A DNA stretch of 64,000 nt from Rhodospirillales bacterium (GTDB taxonomy: Bacteria; Acidobacteriota; Terriglobia; Bryobacterales; Bryobacteraceae), in NCBI GenBank assembly GCA_050261015.1, contig JBLNCW010000003.1, forward strand, positions 12,295-76,294, given 5' to 3'. The notes under the pieces are model-generated. The model was not told the DNA's origin. It saw nothing but the letters and a program-made list of their open reading frames with translations, and did no database searches. How positions within the stretch are numbered: the stretch's first letter is position 1; each line of letters opens with the position of its first letter. This document shows, piece after piece, positions 62,885 through 64,000 of the stretch. Both the position numbers and the translations under genes were made by a program.

Positions 62885-63412
62885 ATGGGTCCCGGGAATC
62901 AGCGGCGGGCATCTCCACTGCTCCTGTGCGCACTCGCCGGCATCAAGACGGGGATTTTGGGAGGCCTGGCGATGCTCGGATGGCTAGCTGCAAGCTCCGC
63001 TCTTGACCGGCAATCGATCTGGATCCTTTCGAACCTGTTAGGTTCGGTGTTTTACGGCAGCGATGTGCTGCGGCGCAGCTTTAGCTGGGTCACAATGGAT
63101 GGCCTGGCGCTCCACTTTTTTGTGTCCGGTTTGATCGGACTGGCGTTCGGCATCTCGACCGGCAGATCCCGCAGCCGTCTGCGGGTGGCGCTGCTGGGTA
63201 TTTTGACGGGATTGCTCTGGTACTATTTTTCGGAGGCGTTGTTTTGGAGGAAGCTGGGGGTTGTGGCGAGAATTTACGGCCCGCCGCGATCCCTGCTGCT
63301 GGCGCACTTGATCTACGGATTTGTTTTGGCGCGCTTCCCTAGCGCCTTGGCCTCGCTCGAACGGCGTTCTCAAGGCGAGGCGGTCTCCGCCCCGAAGTCC
63401 CTGGAGCCGTAG
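62885..63412 (+). CDS. hypothetical integral membrane protein
   Basis: 175 aa with four or five hydrophobic segments (LLLCALAGIKTGILGGLAMLGWL, LALHFFVSGLIGLAFGI, VALLGILTGLLWYYF, LLLAHLIYGFVLA). I recognise no family. Confidence 0.5.
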   Translation: MGPGNQRRASPLLLCALAGIKTGILGGLAMLGWLAASSALDRQSIWILSNLLGSVFYGSDVLRRSFSWVTMDGLALHFFVSGLIGLAFGISTGRSRSRLRVALLGILTGLLWYYFSEALFWRKLGVVARIYGPPRSLLLAHLIYGFVLARFPSALASLERRSQGEAVSAPKSLEP

Positions 63413-63550
63413 GCTTGCGTTTTCAAATGCACCCGGCCCAATCAGTTAGAATGAGAAGTTCAGGTCTGCGCTGAGTGGGACCATGGTGAAACCCTGTTGT
63501 CGAATTCGACGTCGAAAGGGAAGCGCAGAGTGGAGAGGAACTAGATTTGC

Positions 63551-64000
63551 ATGAAGTTTGACAGGCCCGGGCGCCTGCTCGCACTACTCGTTTGCGCCTG
63601 TTCATTGAGTTCGGTTGCACAGGCGCAAGAGGCGGCGGCGCCCCAGCAGAAGAAGCAGCCAAGTCCTTTCGAATCGGTTCCGCAGGCCACTGAGCCGGCC
63701 AAGCCGTCCACTCAGAAGAAGCAGGCAAGTCCATTCGAATCGGTTCCGCAAGCCACCGAACCGGCCACGCCATCCACTCCTCAGACCCAGCCGCAGCTTG
63801 AGGCCCCGAAGACCGCCGTGGAGCCCAAACCGCCGGCCGCGGCGAAGGAGATCATTGAGGCCATCGAATTCCGCGGCGCCCGCCGCGTTCCGCAGGACAC
63901 CCTCCGCGCGATGATCTTCAGCAAGAAGGGAGATTATTACGATCCTGAAACCCTGCGGCGCGACTTCATGGCGCTCTGGAACACAGGGCGCTTCGACGAC
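63551..64000 (+). CDS. bamA: outer membrane protein assembly factor BamA (N-terminal fragment; continues past the window)
   Basis: Hand-translated; it is open to the window end and therefore absent from the track. The signal peptide is MKFDRPGRLLALLVCACSLSSVAQAQ. A Pro/Gln-rich repeat region follows, then POTRA-1 IIEAIEFRGARRVPQDTLRAMIFSKKGDYYDPETLRRDFMALWNTGRFDD. Confidence 0.78.
   Translation, partial: MKFDRPGRLLALLVCACSLSSVAQAQEAAAPQQKKQPSPFESVPQATEPAKPSTQKKQASPFESVPQATEPATPSTPQTQPQLEAPKTAVEPKPPAAAKEIIEAIEFRGARRVPQDTLRAMIFSKKGDYYDPETLRRDFMALWNTGRFDD
63647..63778 (+). repeat. in-frame 66-nt tandem duplication in the bamA N-terminal linker
   Basis: Unit 1 (63647..63712) encodes QKKQPSPFESVPQATEPAKPST. 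Unit 2 (63713..63778) encodes QKKQASPFESVPQATEPATPST. They differ only by a few synonymous or conservative changes. Confidence 0.9.

Overview
High-GC bacterial chromosomal window, about 60-70% GC in most rows I hand-counted. The gene content suggests an Acidobacteriota-like soil bacterium: Tat-signal Gfo/Idh/MocA oxidoreductases, DUF1080, xylose-isomerase-like TIM barrels, a tricorn-like protease, and many TPR or low-complexity secreted proteins. That taxonomic call is inference only. I support about 60 protein genes, one tRNA-Ser(UGA) and several short repeats or palindromes. All family calls come from motifs read in the supplied translations; no database search was possible. Most of the window is housekeeping. 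(1) amt-glnK/B-glnD nitrogen module, 12.2-16.4 kb. (2) cydAB, 20.1-22.6 kb. (3) Two overlapping GT-C membrane glycosyltransferases, 22.7-25.9 kb. (4) The conserved rpmH-rnpA-yidD-yidC-jag-mnmE cluster, 42.5-47.0 kb; rpmH is below the ORF-track length cutoff and was found by hand. (5) A hutU-hutI-ftcD-lipA-trpB2 minus-strand run, 49.4-56.0 kb. (6) fabF-like KAS and the start of bamA at the 3' edge. Two patches look accessory. The first is 18.2-20.1 kb, a low-GC two-gene module: a TcmP-like methyltransferase-fold protein plus a three-Cys DUF5131/Gp37-Gp68 protein. It sits directly downstream of an orphan radical-SAM/SPASM gene and is my best candidate for an uncharacterised system. The second is a roughly 1 kb low-GC islet abutting the 3' end of tRNA-Ser (48.37-49.35 kb), with two divergent orphan genes and a degenerate copy of the tRNA 3' end at its far edge. 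Other points of note: a small basic protein preceded by twin 16-bp palindromic operators (34.4-34.8 kb), an SD-sequestering hairpin at 11.2 kb, two domain fusions, and in-frame tandem repeats in secreted proteins. No CRISPR array, transposase, integrase or rRNA was seen. The many long antisense ORFs in the track are typical high-GC artefacts and were rejected.
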